The translations under genes and the position numbers were made by a program. 64,000 nt of DNA from Candidatus Obscuribacteraceae bacterium (GTDB lineage: Bacteria; Cyanobacteriota; Vampirovibrionia; Obscuribacterales; Obscuribacteraceae): contig JBGAHS010000007.1 in NCBI GenBank assembly GCA_044226015.1, forward strand, positions 256,001 through 320,000, given 5' to 3'. Shown here in pieces: positions 48,556 through 58,403 of the stretch; within the stretch, counting starts at the first letter, position 1, and each line of letters starts with the position of its first letter. The notes under the pieces were generated by a model that made no database searches, was not told the DNA's origin, and saw nothing but the letters and a program-made list of their open reading frames with translations.

Positions 48556-49614
48556 ATGCCACCTGAAGTAGAAGAATCTCGTGCTAAGCCAACGACTCAG
48601 AGCGATGCTCCGCCGAGTTTTGATTTTTTCGGCTTTCACCAGCAAGGAAAAACAATGAGCGACAATAACGCTCTGTCTCAAAAAGATAAGCCTCAGAGTT
48701 CTATCGAAATTACTAATCCATTTTCTTTCAATCAAGGTTTAAGCAAGCAAGAGTCCGGAAGCAAGCAGAACGTTGGACGTGCTAGCGACAACGACAAAGG
48801 AGTTTCGTCCAAGCCGGCAGGAAAAGATGATGTTGGTGCATCGAAAAAGCCAGACAACATGATTTGTGTTGACGGAATTTGTCGCCCGATGACTCCGGCA
48901 GAGATGGAGAGAGAGGCGGCTAAAAGAGCAGGAAAGCATGACGCTACCTTTCCAATTCCACCGTTTGATTTTTCCAAGTATGGCACCGTTGACGGTGGCG
49001 TTAAACAAGCTGGGTATGATGCGCCAGCTGATAAGACAAGCAAACCATCTGACAGTTTAAAAGAACTGCCTAATCTCACACCACCAGGTTCTTCAACAGG
49101 CAGAAGTTCAATTATTGATGCCTATGAGCGTCGGCAAGGAGCACGCCAGGCTGGCGGAGGTGCACTTCCTTCAATAGATGCAATACCAAATAATCCTAAC
49201 CAGAACCCAGGCTCTGACCTGAAACCCTGGACACCTCCTCAAGACAGAAACAATAACAACAATGACAGCATTGACCCATCTGCGAGGGAAGTCCTTCATC
49301 TCTCCAGTAAGGAACAGCTAGATAATGAAATAAAGAACTCAAAAGTACCTGTCATTGTTGATTTTTATGCCACCTGGTGCGGTCCTTGCCAGAGGCTTGG
49401 TCCAAAGCTTGAGTCCTTAGCAAGAGACCAGGGCGGCGCCGTTAAAGTCATTAAGGTTGATGGAGATCAGTTCCCTGAGCTTGTTTCGCAGTACGGGGTT
49501 AGTGGGTACCCAACACTAGTTTCCTTCAAGAATGGTTCTGAGTCCGAAAGAACCAGTGGCGATCAGGCAACCAGCACATTGCAATCGCTTGCTAAAAGGC
49601 TTCGTAATCGTTAG
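48556..49614 (+). CDS. Thioredoxin with long disordered N-terminus containing one PDN.xCxxxxC repeat
   Basis: VDFYATWCGPC, GYPT cis-Pro; PDNMICVDGICRPMTPAE. Confidence 0.9.
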   Translation: MPPEVEESRAKPTTQSDAPPSFDFFGFHQQGKTMSDNNALSQKDKPQSSIEITNPFSFNQGLSKQESGSKQNVGRASDNDKGVSSKPAGKDDVGASKKPDNMICVDGICRPMTPAEMEREAAKRAGKHDATFPIPPFDFSKYGTVDGGVKQAGYDAPADKTSKPSDSLKELPNLTPPGSSTGRSSIIDAYERRQGARQAGGGALPSIDAIPNNPNQNPGSDLKPWTPPQDRNNNNNDSIDPSAREVLHLSSKEQLDNEIKNSKVPVIVDFYATWCGPCQRLGPKLESLARDQGGAVKVIKVDGDQFPELVSQYGVSGYPTLVSFKNGSESERTSGDQATSTLQSLAKRLRNR

Positions 49615-49684
49615 TTCTTAGCTAATAGATCCTCATCAACGGCAGATTTATTGATCTTCCGGAATTGCGGATCTCGACTAAAGC

Positions 49685-49712
49685 AAAAGAGGCAAGCTTA
49701 ACACTTGCCTCT
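49685..49712. terminator. Terminator between convergent genes
   Basis: AGAGGCAAG-N7-CTTGCCTCT with flanking A/T runs. Confidence 0.7.
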
Positions 49713-49736
49713 CACGTCTTTTTTTGACTGTTGAAA

Positions 49737-49952
49737 CTATACTGTTTCAAGCTGTCCTTGTATGATTTCGGCCAGACGACTGCGGCGCGGGCGACGGGCT
49801 GCGAACTTTTGATGCGAGCCTGTTTTGTTATTCAGAGCCTGCTCTGCAAGCATTGCACGAGTGGCTTCCTGCACTTCGACTTGAGCTATGGCTTGTCTCA
49901 TCCACATCTTGAGACAGTCCATCTCTTCGTTAGTCAAATTCAATTCGTCCAT
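49737..49952 (-). CDS. Small hypothetical protein
   Basis: GGAGG 5 nt before ATG 49952; terminator downstream. Confidence 0.65.
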   Translation of the reverse strand: MDELNLTNEEMDCLKMWMRQAIAQVEVQEATRAMLAEQALNNKTGSHQKFAARRPRRSRLAEIIQGQLETV

Positions 49953-50467
49953 GTGAACCTCCATTAGTTCATTGACCCCGCGCATTCTTGGGGAGTCCTC
50001 GGAGAAGTAGGATTGGAAGTCCTCTCCCCGCCCTGCCAGACTTACCAGGCTTATGTGTCAGCCTCTGACATTTGTGACATGAGAGCGTGACGCATCTGTC
50101 GCGTATCCGAGCTGTTCATTCACTTCTCTAGTATTTGCCGGACTAGCCAAGATGTAAATGACTTGACAACTAATAGTTAAATTAGGAAACGCTTATGGGC
50201 AGCGCTTTACAGCGTTTAATCTTTTTCTCGATATAAGCAGAATAGGCTTGAACGTCAGGTTTGAACAATGCAACTTAGATCTAATTTAGAGTTCTAGGCT
50301 TCAAAGAGGGCAGAAGAAGCCCCTTGCGAAAGGCTTTTCACATTTCAAATCTGTTTAAAGATAGTGTCATCGCTGCTGGGGAATTGGTGTTCACAATGAG
50401 TTCTGGATGAGACACCACTTATAGTGCCAGCCACAAACTAAAAGCGCGCCTTCAATAAAGCCCGCAT

Positions 50468-51415
50468 TCAATATACATATGGAATAAGGAGCCAAGAGCG
50501 TTGTTGGTATTCAATGTAAGCTTGGGACAAAGCCTTAATTCGTTGCGTTTCTATTTCTGTAAGTTCCCATTTAAACAGAATAAGCAGTCCAGGAATTGTA
50601 AGCAGAGGCATCCAGGCTGATAGAGCTATTGAAATGCCTATTAGCTCAACTAGAATGGCAAAACGTTCTGGATAGCGCAGCGAGTCCCAAATTCCTGAAG
50701 TTTTGATTGAGGAGCATATCGTATTCTTGTCACGTTCTGTTGAGATTGTGCTGCCACCAGATATGGTGCCTTCCATTTCCGGTTTCTCTGACTCAGCATC
50801 TGGAACGTTTTTGCCAGATGAAGGTTCTAATTCCGTTGGACTCTCCAGGCTGTGCTCTTGCTCAATGTTCTCGCCTACTGATTGTGAATCAGAATTTGCC
50901 GTTTCCTGTTTGCTCTTATTTTTTTCACTCGTATTATCTTCTTGCGCAGAGCTTGCAGCCATCAAAGCGTCCAGAAGTTCTCTGGGTTTTGTCTTTTGTG
51001 CAGACCACGAAAGGTAAATGCCGGCTGCGAGAACTAGAAGACCAGCATCTCGCCACAATTCCGACCTGATGCAAGCTGTGTTCAATTTGTCGCAGAGGGA
51101 AGAACAAGCTACAAAAAGGAAAAATACAAACGGCAAAAAGAACTTCATGAATCGCGTTCGACGCTTATCAGCAAGTTCGTGCACGAATGGATAAGTGTGT
51201 GCTCCTCGAATTAGTCCGTCTGCAAAAAGCAATATCAACATGGCGTATTCTTGCCAGTGCAAGAGCATTTCCTGGAACTGACCAGAAAGATAAACTTGCC
51301 TTCTAACGAACACCAATCCTATTATTGCAATTGTGAGTTCGACAATTCCAAATCTCAAGGCTGCAGCAGTCGAACTCTTTGTCTTTTCCACTTCAGTGAT
51401 CGCCTGCGCCACCAA
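50468..51415 (-). CDS. ICMT/PEMT-like membrane protein, degenerate, with acidic insertion
   Basis: TSGIWDSLRYP and AYIEYQQRSWLLIPYVY resemble the family's G.Y...RHP and Y..Y...T.RLIP.IY motifs. Confidence 0.6.
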   Translation of the reverse strand: MVAQAITEVEKTKSSTAAALRFGIVELTIAIIGLVFVRRQVYLSGQFQEMLLHWQEYAMLILLFADGLIRGAHTYPFVHELADKRRTRFMKFFLPFVFFLFVACSSLCDKLNTACIRSELWRDAGLLVLAAGIYLSWSAQKTKPRELLDALMAASSAQEDNTSEKNKSKQETANSDSQSVGENIEQEHSLESPTELEPSSGKNVPDAESEKPEMEGTISGGSTISTERDKNTICSSIKTSGIWDSLRYPERFAILVELIGISIALSAWMPLLTIPGLLILFKWELTEIETQRIKALSQAYIEYQQRSWLLIPYVY

Positions 51416-52019
51416 GCATTTTTAAGCTCTGTCGAATCAATTGCTCAACATCATCTTTCGGTACGTCGTCGCCCATTCTCTTAAATGCTTGATTGATTTC
51501 TGTAAGTGTATAGCCGAGCCCTTCAAGAATCTGTCTAGCTTCATCAAGAGCCATCGATTTACTAACCGGCGCGCTTGCTGTTCCACGTCGCAATTGCCAG
51601 TCTTCTGTTTTTGATTTTAATTCAAGTATGATTCGCTGCGCAACTTTTGGGCCAACGCCTGGTGCCTGGCTGAGTGTTTTCTGATCGTCGCTTGCAATTG
51701 CATCGGCGATTCGATCTGGACCCAGCGTACCCACTAATGAAAGCGCCATCTTCGGTCCCACGCCGCTCACTGTTTGAAGTATATTGAATATTTCCTTTTC
51801 CTCAGAGCTTGCAAATCCAAAAATCTGCCACTCATTTTCGCGAATGGAAAGAGATGTGTATATGCTGACCTCTTCGCCTGGCTGACCTACTTGCGTGCTT
51901 GTTACTTTAGATACAAGCGCTTCAAAACCTACTCCACCAACGTCAATAATAAGCTTGTCGGCTGGTCCGCCGGAAATTTCGCGTGAATGCAGTGTCCCTC
52001 GGAGAAAAGCAATTACCAT
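51393..52019 (-). CDS. ruvA: Holliday junction branch migration protein RuvA
   Basis: IAFLRG, DVGGVGF, VSGVGPKMAL, PGVGPKVAQRIILELK. Confidence 0.96.
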   Translation of the reverse strand: MVIAFLRGTLHSREISGGPADKLIIDVGGVGFEALVSKVTSTQVGQPGEEVSIYTSLSIRENEWQIFGFASSEEKEIFNILQTVSGVGPKMALSLVGTLGPDRIADAIASDDQKTLSQAPGVGPKVAQRIILELKSKTEDWQLRRGTASAPVSKSMALDEARQILEGLGYTLTEINQAFKRMGDDVPKDDVEQLIRQSLKMLGGAGDH

Positions 52020-52100
52020 AGCAATGTTCCTAAAAAGGAAATGACAGGTTGTGGCTAGTCTTGCACAACCTATTGATACCATTAGGTGCTGAAATGGAAA

Positions 52101-52174
52101 TCGGGGCGAGAGGATTTGAACCTCCGGCCTTCCGCACCCGAAACGGACACGCTACCAAGCTGCGCTACGCCCCG
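52101..52174 (-). tRNA. tRNA-Pro(CGG), CCA not encoded
   Basis: CGGGGCG acceptor stem, D-loop TGGTA, anticodon arm TCCGT-TTCGGGT-GCGGA, T-arm GGTTCAAATCC. Confidence 0.97.
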
Positions 52175-52239
52175 ACAGCTTTATGTTAGCATGCTCATCC
52201 CCTTGAAAATTGCCAAATTTTCAAGGATTTTATATTCCG

Positions 52240-53151
52240 TTATTCAGCCATGAATGTCTGGTTTCCGCCCGCATCCTTGGCTTGAGCAAGGGCGGCTCTG
52301 GCATATGAAAGAAGCATGGTTCCTTCAGTGTCCATATCAGAGCGATACTGGCAAACACCAATACTTACCGTAGCTTGACCGGTTTTGTCGCCAAAAGTGA
52401 AGGTGCTAGATGCCACGTTACTTCGGATTCTTTCTGCTACTTCGACGGCTCCATCTGCATTAGTGAACGGAAGCGCCAGCACGAATTCATAGGGGGCCGT
52501 CCGTGCCAGCAAATCAGCCTTTCTCAGTCCTCTTGCCAGAACCACTGCTAGTTGGGAAAGAAGGGAGTCAACGCCCTTGGCCCCGAACTGTTTGACCAGA
52601 TCCTTCGGATTGTCAACTTCAATGCTCAAAGTAGATAACTTGTTTTGATAGCGTGAGCATTGGCTCAGCTCAGTATGGAGAAATTCAAAGAGGTAGCGAG
52701 CGTTTCTCAGAGAGGTAAGCGTATCGGTCAATGAAAGCTCCCTTACCTGAGAGTCTTTCTTTCTGAGTTCGTCCTTAAGCGCTTTTTCGCGTAGCGCAGT
52801 TTTCACCGTCGACAAAACATCTTGCGGCTCAAGGGGTTTCACGAGAATGGGGCTGTCTTCGGCATCATTTAAGGCGGGAAGAGGCTGTTCTTGTGAGCGC
52901 AAGAAAATAATTGGTATAAATTTGGTCTTCTCGTCTGAAGCCAAGCGGTTGAATACATCGATACCGCTCATTAGTGGCATATGGAGGTCTAGCAAAATCA
53001 CGTCTGGTGAGCGGACTTTGCAGGCTGCCAGAGCTTTGAATCCGTCAGTAGCAGTCGTCACAGTAAAACCTGAATTCTTCAAGAATTCAGAGACGAGTGT
53101 TAGCTCTGCCTGTTGGTCATCAACTATGAGCACGCACTGGCTTTCTTTCAC
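52240..53151 (-). CDS. Receiver plus degenerate GGDEF protein
   Basis: LIVDD, LLDLHMP, KP; DTLTSLRN; RKADLLARTAPYEF. Confidence 0.9.
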   Translation of the reverse strand: MKESQCVLIVDDQQAELTLVSEFLKNSGFTVTTATDGFKALAACKVRSPDVILLDLHMPLMSGIDVFNRLASDEKTKFIPIIFLRSQEQPLPALNDAEDSPILVKPLEPQDVLSTVKTALREKALKDELRKKDSQVRELSLTDTLTSLRNARYLFEFLHTELSQCSRYQNKLSTLSIEVDNPKDLVKQFGAKGVDSLLSQLAVVLARGLRKADLLARTAPYEFVLALPFTNADGAVEVAERIRSNVASSTFTFGDKTGQATVSIGVCQYRSDMDTEGTMLLSYARAALAQAKDAGGNQTFMAE

Positions 53152-53273
53152 TTGGCCACCGCTTTCAAATTTGGATAGTAAGAAGGCTGGAATTCCTATT
53201 CTATCTCATTTTGCCCAGATGGCGGGTTCGCGCTAACTCAAGAAATTGATCAGTAAACTAAATTATTACCTTG

Positions 53274-54014
53274 CTAACTATTCTTGGTTTTTGCCTTCTC
53301 TTCTTTCTTGATTATCTTGTATGCGTTGCGACGCAATTTATCGAGAGTGAACGCGTCCTGCTGAATGTTTTTGCAAACTCCGGCAATGGCTACGTTGTCA
53401 TAGCTAGGACCTTTTGTTAGCGGTTCGAGCTTGGCGAGGTTTCCGGCAATGTTGTCGGCAGATTCGACCCACGATTTGACTATGGGACGCAACTTTTCTC
53501 TAGAGTCATCAGAGACGTCTAAAACCTTGTGCTGTGCAACGAAGTCATCGGCATTTTGCTTTAAGGTCGTAATGATTGGGCGCATGATATTCATCGCCTG
53601 TTCAACTCGGCGTGGGTTGGGCGGTGCCGGCGGACCGGCAGGTGAAGTACTTACCGGAATGTAAATGATGGTTCCGCGTCCTACAACTTCCGGCATTGTG
53701 TTTAACGAAACTGGCTGAATACTGACCTCATCGAATAAATGTCTGGCTGAGGTCGAGACTTGCTTGAGGTCGAGCCCCAGATCGCGCAGCTTCTCCAGAG
53801 AAAGGTCAACCTTTTCTACTCCAGCTTGAAGTGCTGTTCCGCTTGATGCTGGCGTAGATGGCGCCGGCGTGCTGACTTTTGAATCTGTGTCTGCTGCAGA
53901 TACAGAACTTATGAATTTGTTTGCCGATTTAGAACTGAAGAGCTCGTCAATTGAATAGATACCACCTGTGATGGCACCAGCGCATAGGAGCGCAATCATT
54001 TTATTGTTCTTCAT
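53274..54014 (-). CDS. Exported hypothetical helical protein
   Basis: N-terminal hydrophobic segment, AAAGGA RBS. Confidence 0.7.
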   Translation of the reverse strand: MKNNKMIALLCAGAITGGIYSIDELFSSKSANKFISSVSAADTDSKVSTPAPSTPASSGTALQAGVEKVDLSLEKLRDLGLDLKQVSTSARHLFDEVSIQPVSLNTMPEVVGRGTIIYIPVSTSPAGPPAPPNPRRVEQAMNIMRPIITTLKQNADDFVAQHKVLDVSDDSREKLRPIVKSWVESADNIAGNLAKLEPLTKGPSYDNVAIAGVCKNIQQDAFTLDKLRRNAYKIIKKEEKAKTKNS

Positions 54015-54350
54015 TTGGCAAATTCCTTTCTGGTATTCGGTGACTTATTATCCTACTGATTAATACTTGACTTTCTCTTTGCTGGGACTGTTTGAGAATA
54101 ATTCACTCCCCTATAGAAGGTTTATCGGTCCTTAGTCCCAGGATTAAGTTCTGCAAAGCATTACAGCCAATGGAAAGAGCACGTCTTTATCGGAAGGGCC
54201 ATTATTGGCGCCTTGCTTGGTCGACTGGTTCCCGCATATTTTGAGCTCGACTTGCAGTTTTAATGTCTTTTTTCAAAAAAGATCTGACATTTTGTGTATA
54301 TGGTCGACGTGTTTGGGCATCCTCCATTTGTGGGGGCGCGGATTTAATCC

Positions 54351-55931
54351 TTGGTCGGAAAAGAAGAACAACCCAGTAAATTCAGGTGGGTGAGCGGTAA
54401 GTTTTTAGAAACCGCTTTCTATGTTTTGTTGCTTTTCTCTTCCCTGGCCTTTTTTGGTCAGACAATTGCAGATAACGATTTATGGGGTCACATCAAGTTT
54501 GGATCTGATTTCATCAAAGCGGGCGCCATCCTTAAGGAAGATCCCTATTCGTATCTGACCATTGGCACCCCGTGGATTGATCATGAATGGCTCAGTGAAA
54601 TTATTTTTGCCTACGCCTACCAGTTTGGTGGTGTTCAAGGTATCTCGCTGTTACGGGTTTGCATTGTTTCACTAATACTTCTGATAATTATTTTGGCGTT
54701 TAAGCGAAATAAGCTTCCTATCGTGTTGCAAGGTTCGTTTCTTGCTGTGGTTCTTTTGCAGCTTTCAGCCGGGCTAGGAACTTTGCGTCCCCAGCTCTTC
54801 ACCTATCTGATCTTCGCAATTGAACTTGTATTGCTTCAAGCTGCCACACTAAATGAAAAACGAGCCCTACTTTGGTTTTTGCCCCTCTTGTTTATGCTTT
54901 GGATAAACCTTCATGGTGGCATTCTGGCTGGGTTGATTATTTTGCTCTTCTGGGCGGGGCTGCAAATTCTCAACAAAACGGAATTTAAGGACGGGCGCCT
55001 TCTATTTGACTATAAGAAGTATTGGATATGGCTGCTAGTCCCTATTTTATGCTTACTTGCCACTTGTGTAACTCCCTATGGAGCCTCAATGTTGCCCTTT
55101 CTGTTAATGACGGCAACCGTACCGCGACCAGAAATAATGGAATGGCATTCCATTGCTGGTCAGCTAACAAATGTTGATGGCATTTGTTATGTAGCCAGTG
55201 CATTATTCGCTGGTTTTATATCCTGGCGAATGATGTGGAAACGAGAACCTGTGCCCATGCTGGTAATGCTTGTTTGTACAACTCTGCCATTACTGGCCAC
55301 AAGGCATTTGCCACTATGCGTGATGGCTATATCAATTTTGTCGTTGCCATCACTTTCGGCTCTGGTGACACCAAAGTGGAGCGAGTGGAGACAGTTCTGG
55401 GTTAATCACGAACTCGCTATTTTGCGCATAGCCCTGGCTTCTCTCATCTTTTTCGGCACCGCTTCTATGATTGCAGCCTCAGCCCCCAAGCAAAGTCGTA
55501 TACCAGCCGGTGAGTTTATGCCCGTTCGAGCTGTAACTTTGCTGAAACTCAGCGGAGTGAAGGCGAATCTTGCTTGCTTTTTTGACTGGGGTGAATACTG
55601 TATTTGGCACCTGGATCCCGATATTAAAGTGTCAATCGACGGACGCAGAGAAACCGTCTATAACGAGAGTGCCTATCGGAAAAATGTCGAATTCACAAAT
55701 GGGCATCCTCAGAACTGGCATAAATTGGTTTCGACTGAACGCACCGACCTGGTTCTTGCTCATAAGCAAACTAACTGCTACCAAATTTTAAAGAATGATC
55801 CACATGTTGAGTTGATATTTGAGGACGACGGCTCTGCTCTGTTTGCGCCATGCGGTTCACCTTACAGCGCAAAAATAATAGAAGCCGCAAAACAGATGCC
55901 ACCACCGGTGAAGGAGCAAATCTTTCCCTAG
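54351..55931 (+). CDS. Polytopic membrane protein, probable GT-C fold glycosyltransferase (start uncertain)
   Basis: DNDLWGH...DPYSY...WIDHEWLSE, RPQLFT, WINLHGG, WGEY, IDGR; more than 10 TM segments. Confidence 0.65.
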   Translation: MVGKEEQPSKFRWVSGKFLETAFYVLLLFSSLAFFGQTIADNDLWGHIKFGSDFIKAGAILKEDPYSYLTIGTPWIDHEWLSEIIFAYAYQFGGVQGISLLRVCIVSLILLIIILAFKRNKLPIVLQGSFLAVVLLQLSAGLGTLRPQLFTYLIFAIELVLLQAATLNEKRALLWFLPLLFMLWINLHGGILAGLIILLFWAGLQILNKTEFKDGRLLFDYKKYWIWLLVPILCLLATCVTPYGASMLPFLLMTATVPRPEIMEWHSIAGQLTNVDGICYVASALFAGFISWRMMWKREPVPMLVMLVCTTLPLLATRHLPLCVMAISILSLPSLSALVTPKWSEWRQFWVNHELAILRIALASLIFFGTASMIAASAPKQSRIPAGEFMPVRAVTLLKLSGVKANLACFFDWGEYCIWHLDPDIKVSIDGRRETVYNESAYRKNVEFTNGHPQNWHKLVSTERTDLVLAHKQTNCYQILKNDPHVELIFEDDGSALFAPCGSPYSAKIIEAAKQMPPPVKEQIFP

Positions 55932-55959
55932 CCCTGATCGAGTAGTTCATTTTGCTCAT

Positions 55960-56805
55960 CTAGAGGGCGAGCATTTTATAACCATCTACTGGTGGCAGGG
56001 GCGGTCTCTCGGGAATCAGCTCGTCCATTTTATTTTGCTTCAGGTATTTATCAAATGATGCTCTGAGATCAATCAATGTAGGTTGAGAGCCAGGCACCGG
56101 CAGATATGGAGTCTCTCTGTATCCACCTTTCCGCTTAGTTTGGCTGAGAACATTGCTTTCATACCGAGCATAGCCGTTATCATCGTAAAACTTCATTGAT
56201 GCTTGAACTAGAACCTTGCCTCGGTCTATGGGGCGGTAGGTTTGAAGCGATTCTCTCTGTGTTACACTGCGAATTTTGTTCGTATTGCTGTCAACCATCA
56301 GAGTGGTTGCAAGAAATCTGATTAGCACTTCGTTTTCACTTACTATCTCAGCTTTCACATTGTGAATTATGCTTAGATTTACGAAGTTTGACTGCAAGGT
56401 TCTACCAACGTAGGGGACTGGAACGCAGGTCCAGACTGACTCAGCGCGATCCTTTTGGTAACCGATGATTTCAAGATCTGGATAATTGATGTCTACAGCA
56501 CCAAAGCCTTGTTGTACAGAACCTTCTGCATCTTTAAGGCTTAGTCTCTTCACTTTGCCTTCTGTGCGCCAGGTTCCAACCAACCATTCGGGGACTTTCC
56601 ACCAGGTTAAATAGCCTGTACCAGTAGCGGGCAGCAAGCGAGGGTCAAATATTGTTCCAGGTTTCCACTGCGGTGCCACTGGCGGCAGTGAGCCCGAATG
56701 TTCTATTTTTCCTTCCAAAATGAAAGGCTCACTAGCATTCGCTGGTATCGAATATAGTGCAAGGGTCGAGAACACTATGCTCAATCCAAAGCGAACAAAT
56801 TTCAT
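55960..56805 (-). CDS. Secreted hypothetical protein
   Basis: Signal peptide MKFVRFG...ANA; ATGA overlap with the kinase gene. Confidence 0.7.
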   Translation of the reverse strand: MKFVRFGLSIVFSTLALYSIPANASEPFILEGKIEHSGSLPPVAPQWKPGTIFDPRLLPATGTGYLTWWKVPEWLVGTWRTEGKVKRLSLKDAEGSVQQGFGAVDINYPDLEIIGYQKDRAESVWTCVPVPYVGRTLQSNFVNLSIIHNVKAEIVSENEVLIRFLATTLMVDSNTNKIRSVTQRESLQTYRPIDRGKVLVQASMKFYDDNGYARYESNVLSQTKRKGGYRETPYLPVPGSQPTLIDLRASFDKYLKQNKMDELIPERPPLPPVDGYKMLAL

Positions 56806-58295
56806 GCCGTCTCGCTTACAGTCTTGATGCGGAACCAGAAGCAACTACCAGCGCTCTTATTGTTTTTCACGCCTATAGTTCCACCGTGACCCTCAATGAT
56901 GGCTTTGCAGATGGCCAGACCTAAACCTGTACCTTCCTTTGCTTTTTCGCTCGTTGAAGGTGCCTGGTGAAACCTTTCGAATACAAGATTCTGGTGGTCT
57001 TCGGGAATTCCAGGACCCTGGTCCATAACTTTTACCATCAAGAATCCACTTTCCGTTTGATCGAGCCCAATATTAACCTCACTGGAAGGCGGCGCAAACT
57101 TTATAGCATTTCCTAGCAGATTGATAAGAACCTGTGTCAACCTAAATTCATCCGCTTCTATCGCCACATCCTCTTCTTCAATTACAAATACATCAATCGA
57201 TTTCTTTTCGGCGAGCTGAAAAATAGCATCAATAGCGCGTTGAAGGAGTTTCTGTATATGGGTATTTTGCAACTCTAAAACCAGTGTACCTGACTCCATC
57301 TTTTCCAGGTCGAGTAAATTGTTGATGAGTTGCATCGAATGTCGCAAGCTTGTTTCCGCCATTCTAACCTTGGCTTGCCCGGTGTCGTTCAGCTGTCCCC
57401 AGGCATTAACTCCTAGAAGTTCCAGGGTGGATGTCACTGAGCTGATGGGGGTTCTCAAATCGTGGCTGATCATCGCTACGAATTGCTTTTTGATTTTCTC
57501 AAGTTCGGCTCTCTTCAGGGCTGCTTGTTCCAACGCATCTGCAGCGTCGTGGAATGTTCTGTCGATTCTTGCAATTTCATCCTGCCCTTCAAGAAGTGGC
57601 TTTAGCTCTCGCCCCTGCCCCAGTCGAACACTGTTTGCCATAAGTGCTTGCAGGCGCTTTGTTGTGCTCTGGTGAAACACAATCACCAGTAGCAGAGCAA
57701 TCCCGATGCTCATAGGTATTCCCGAGATGAGTACTAATTTCAATACATTTTTCAAGTTTTCAGCGGCTTGTGGATTTTTCCGCTGTTCACGTTTCTCGTC
57801 TTTGATAATTACGCCTAGTTCGTCAACAATATTGTCTAATCGGCGCCGCATAGTAAAAGCTTCGGTGATATTCAGTTTTTCCCCGGCTTTAGATTTTTCA
57901 GCCGCCTGTCTGATCCACACAAAAGCACTTTGTGTGTCTATAGATACGCGCCTGACTATCTCTAAGTGTTTTGGATCGTCTTTGACCATCTCTTTCAGCT
58001 TTTCCATGTTTGCTGGAGTTTTGTCGAGTAGCTCATCCAGTCGTTTCTCGAAAAATCCCAAGTTTTTTGCATCAAAAGCCAAAAAGGTAAAACTCACATC
58101 AAAAAGCAGTTGAATAGTGGAGGTAGTTCCAGCGATGATGTTTTTTGCCCGCTCTTCAGCTTTTGTCTGCACTTCTGATTCATAAAGCAACCATGCGAGA
58201 GTTCCAAGCAATGCGAGTTCAAAAGCAAGAGGAACAGCGATCAATACCAGAGCCTTTTGCATCAAAGAGAGGTGAATTCGTTTTTTCGCGCTAAT
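56802..58295 (-). CDS. Membrane sensor histidine kinase (sensor-HAMP-HisKA-HATPase); start possibly ATT 58295
   Basis: SHDLRTP, NLLGNAIKF, DQGPGI, GTGLGL. Confidence 0.95.
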   Translation of the reverse strand: MSAKKRIHLSLMQKALVLIAVPLAFELALLGTLAWLLYESEVQTKAEERAKNIIAGTTSTIQLLFDVSFTFLAFDAKNLGFFEKRLDELLDKTPANMEKLKEMVKDDPKHLEIVRRVSIDTQSAFVWIRQAAEKSKAGEKLNITEAFTMRRRLDNIVDELGVIIKDEKREQRKNPQAAENLKNVLKLVLISGIPMSIGIALLLVIVFHQSTTKRLQALMANSVRLGQGRELKPLLEGQDEIARIDRTFHDAADALEQAALKRAELEKIKKQFVAMISHDLRTPISSVTSTLELLGVNAWGQLNDTGQAKVRMAETSLRHSMQLINNLLDLEKMESGTLVLELQNTHIQKLLQRAIDAIFQLAEKKSIDVFVIEEEDVAIEADEFRLTQVLINLLGNAIKFAPPSSEVNIGLDQTESGFLMVKVMDQGPGIPEDHQNLVFERFHQAPSTSEKAKEGTGLGLAICKAIIEGHGGTIGVKNNKSAGSCFWFRIKTVSETA

Positions 58296-58403
58296 GAGCT
58301 ATACCTCTGTAAGGTGGGACAGATTTCCGTGATTGCTGGTAAACTACAACTCGGCTTATTGTAAGCGCTTTAAATCCCCAATACTTTATATCCCATAAAA
58401 CTT

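Noticed and set aside
52101..52174. tRNA-Pro as an integration site
   Set aside because: No integrase or duplicated tRNA 3' end was seen; it is flanked by ruvA and a regulator.
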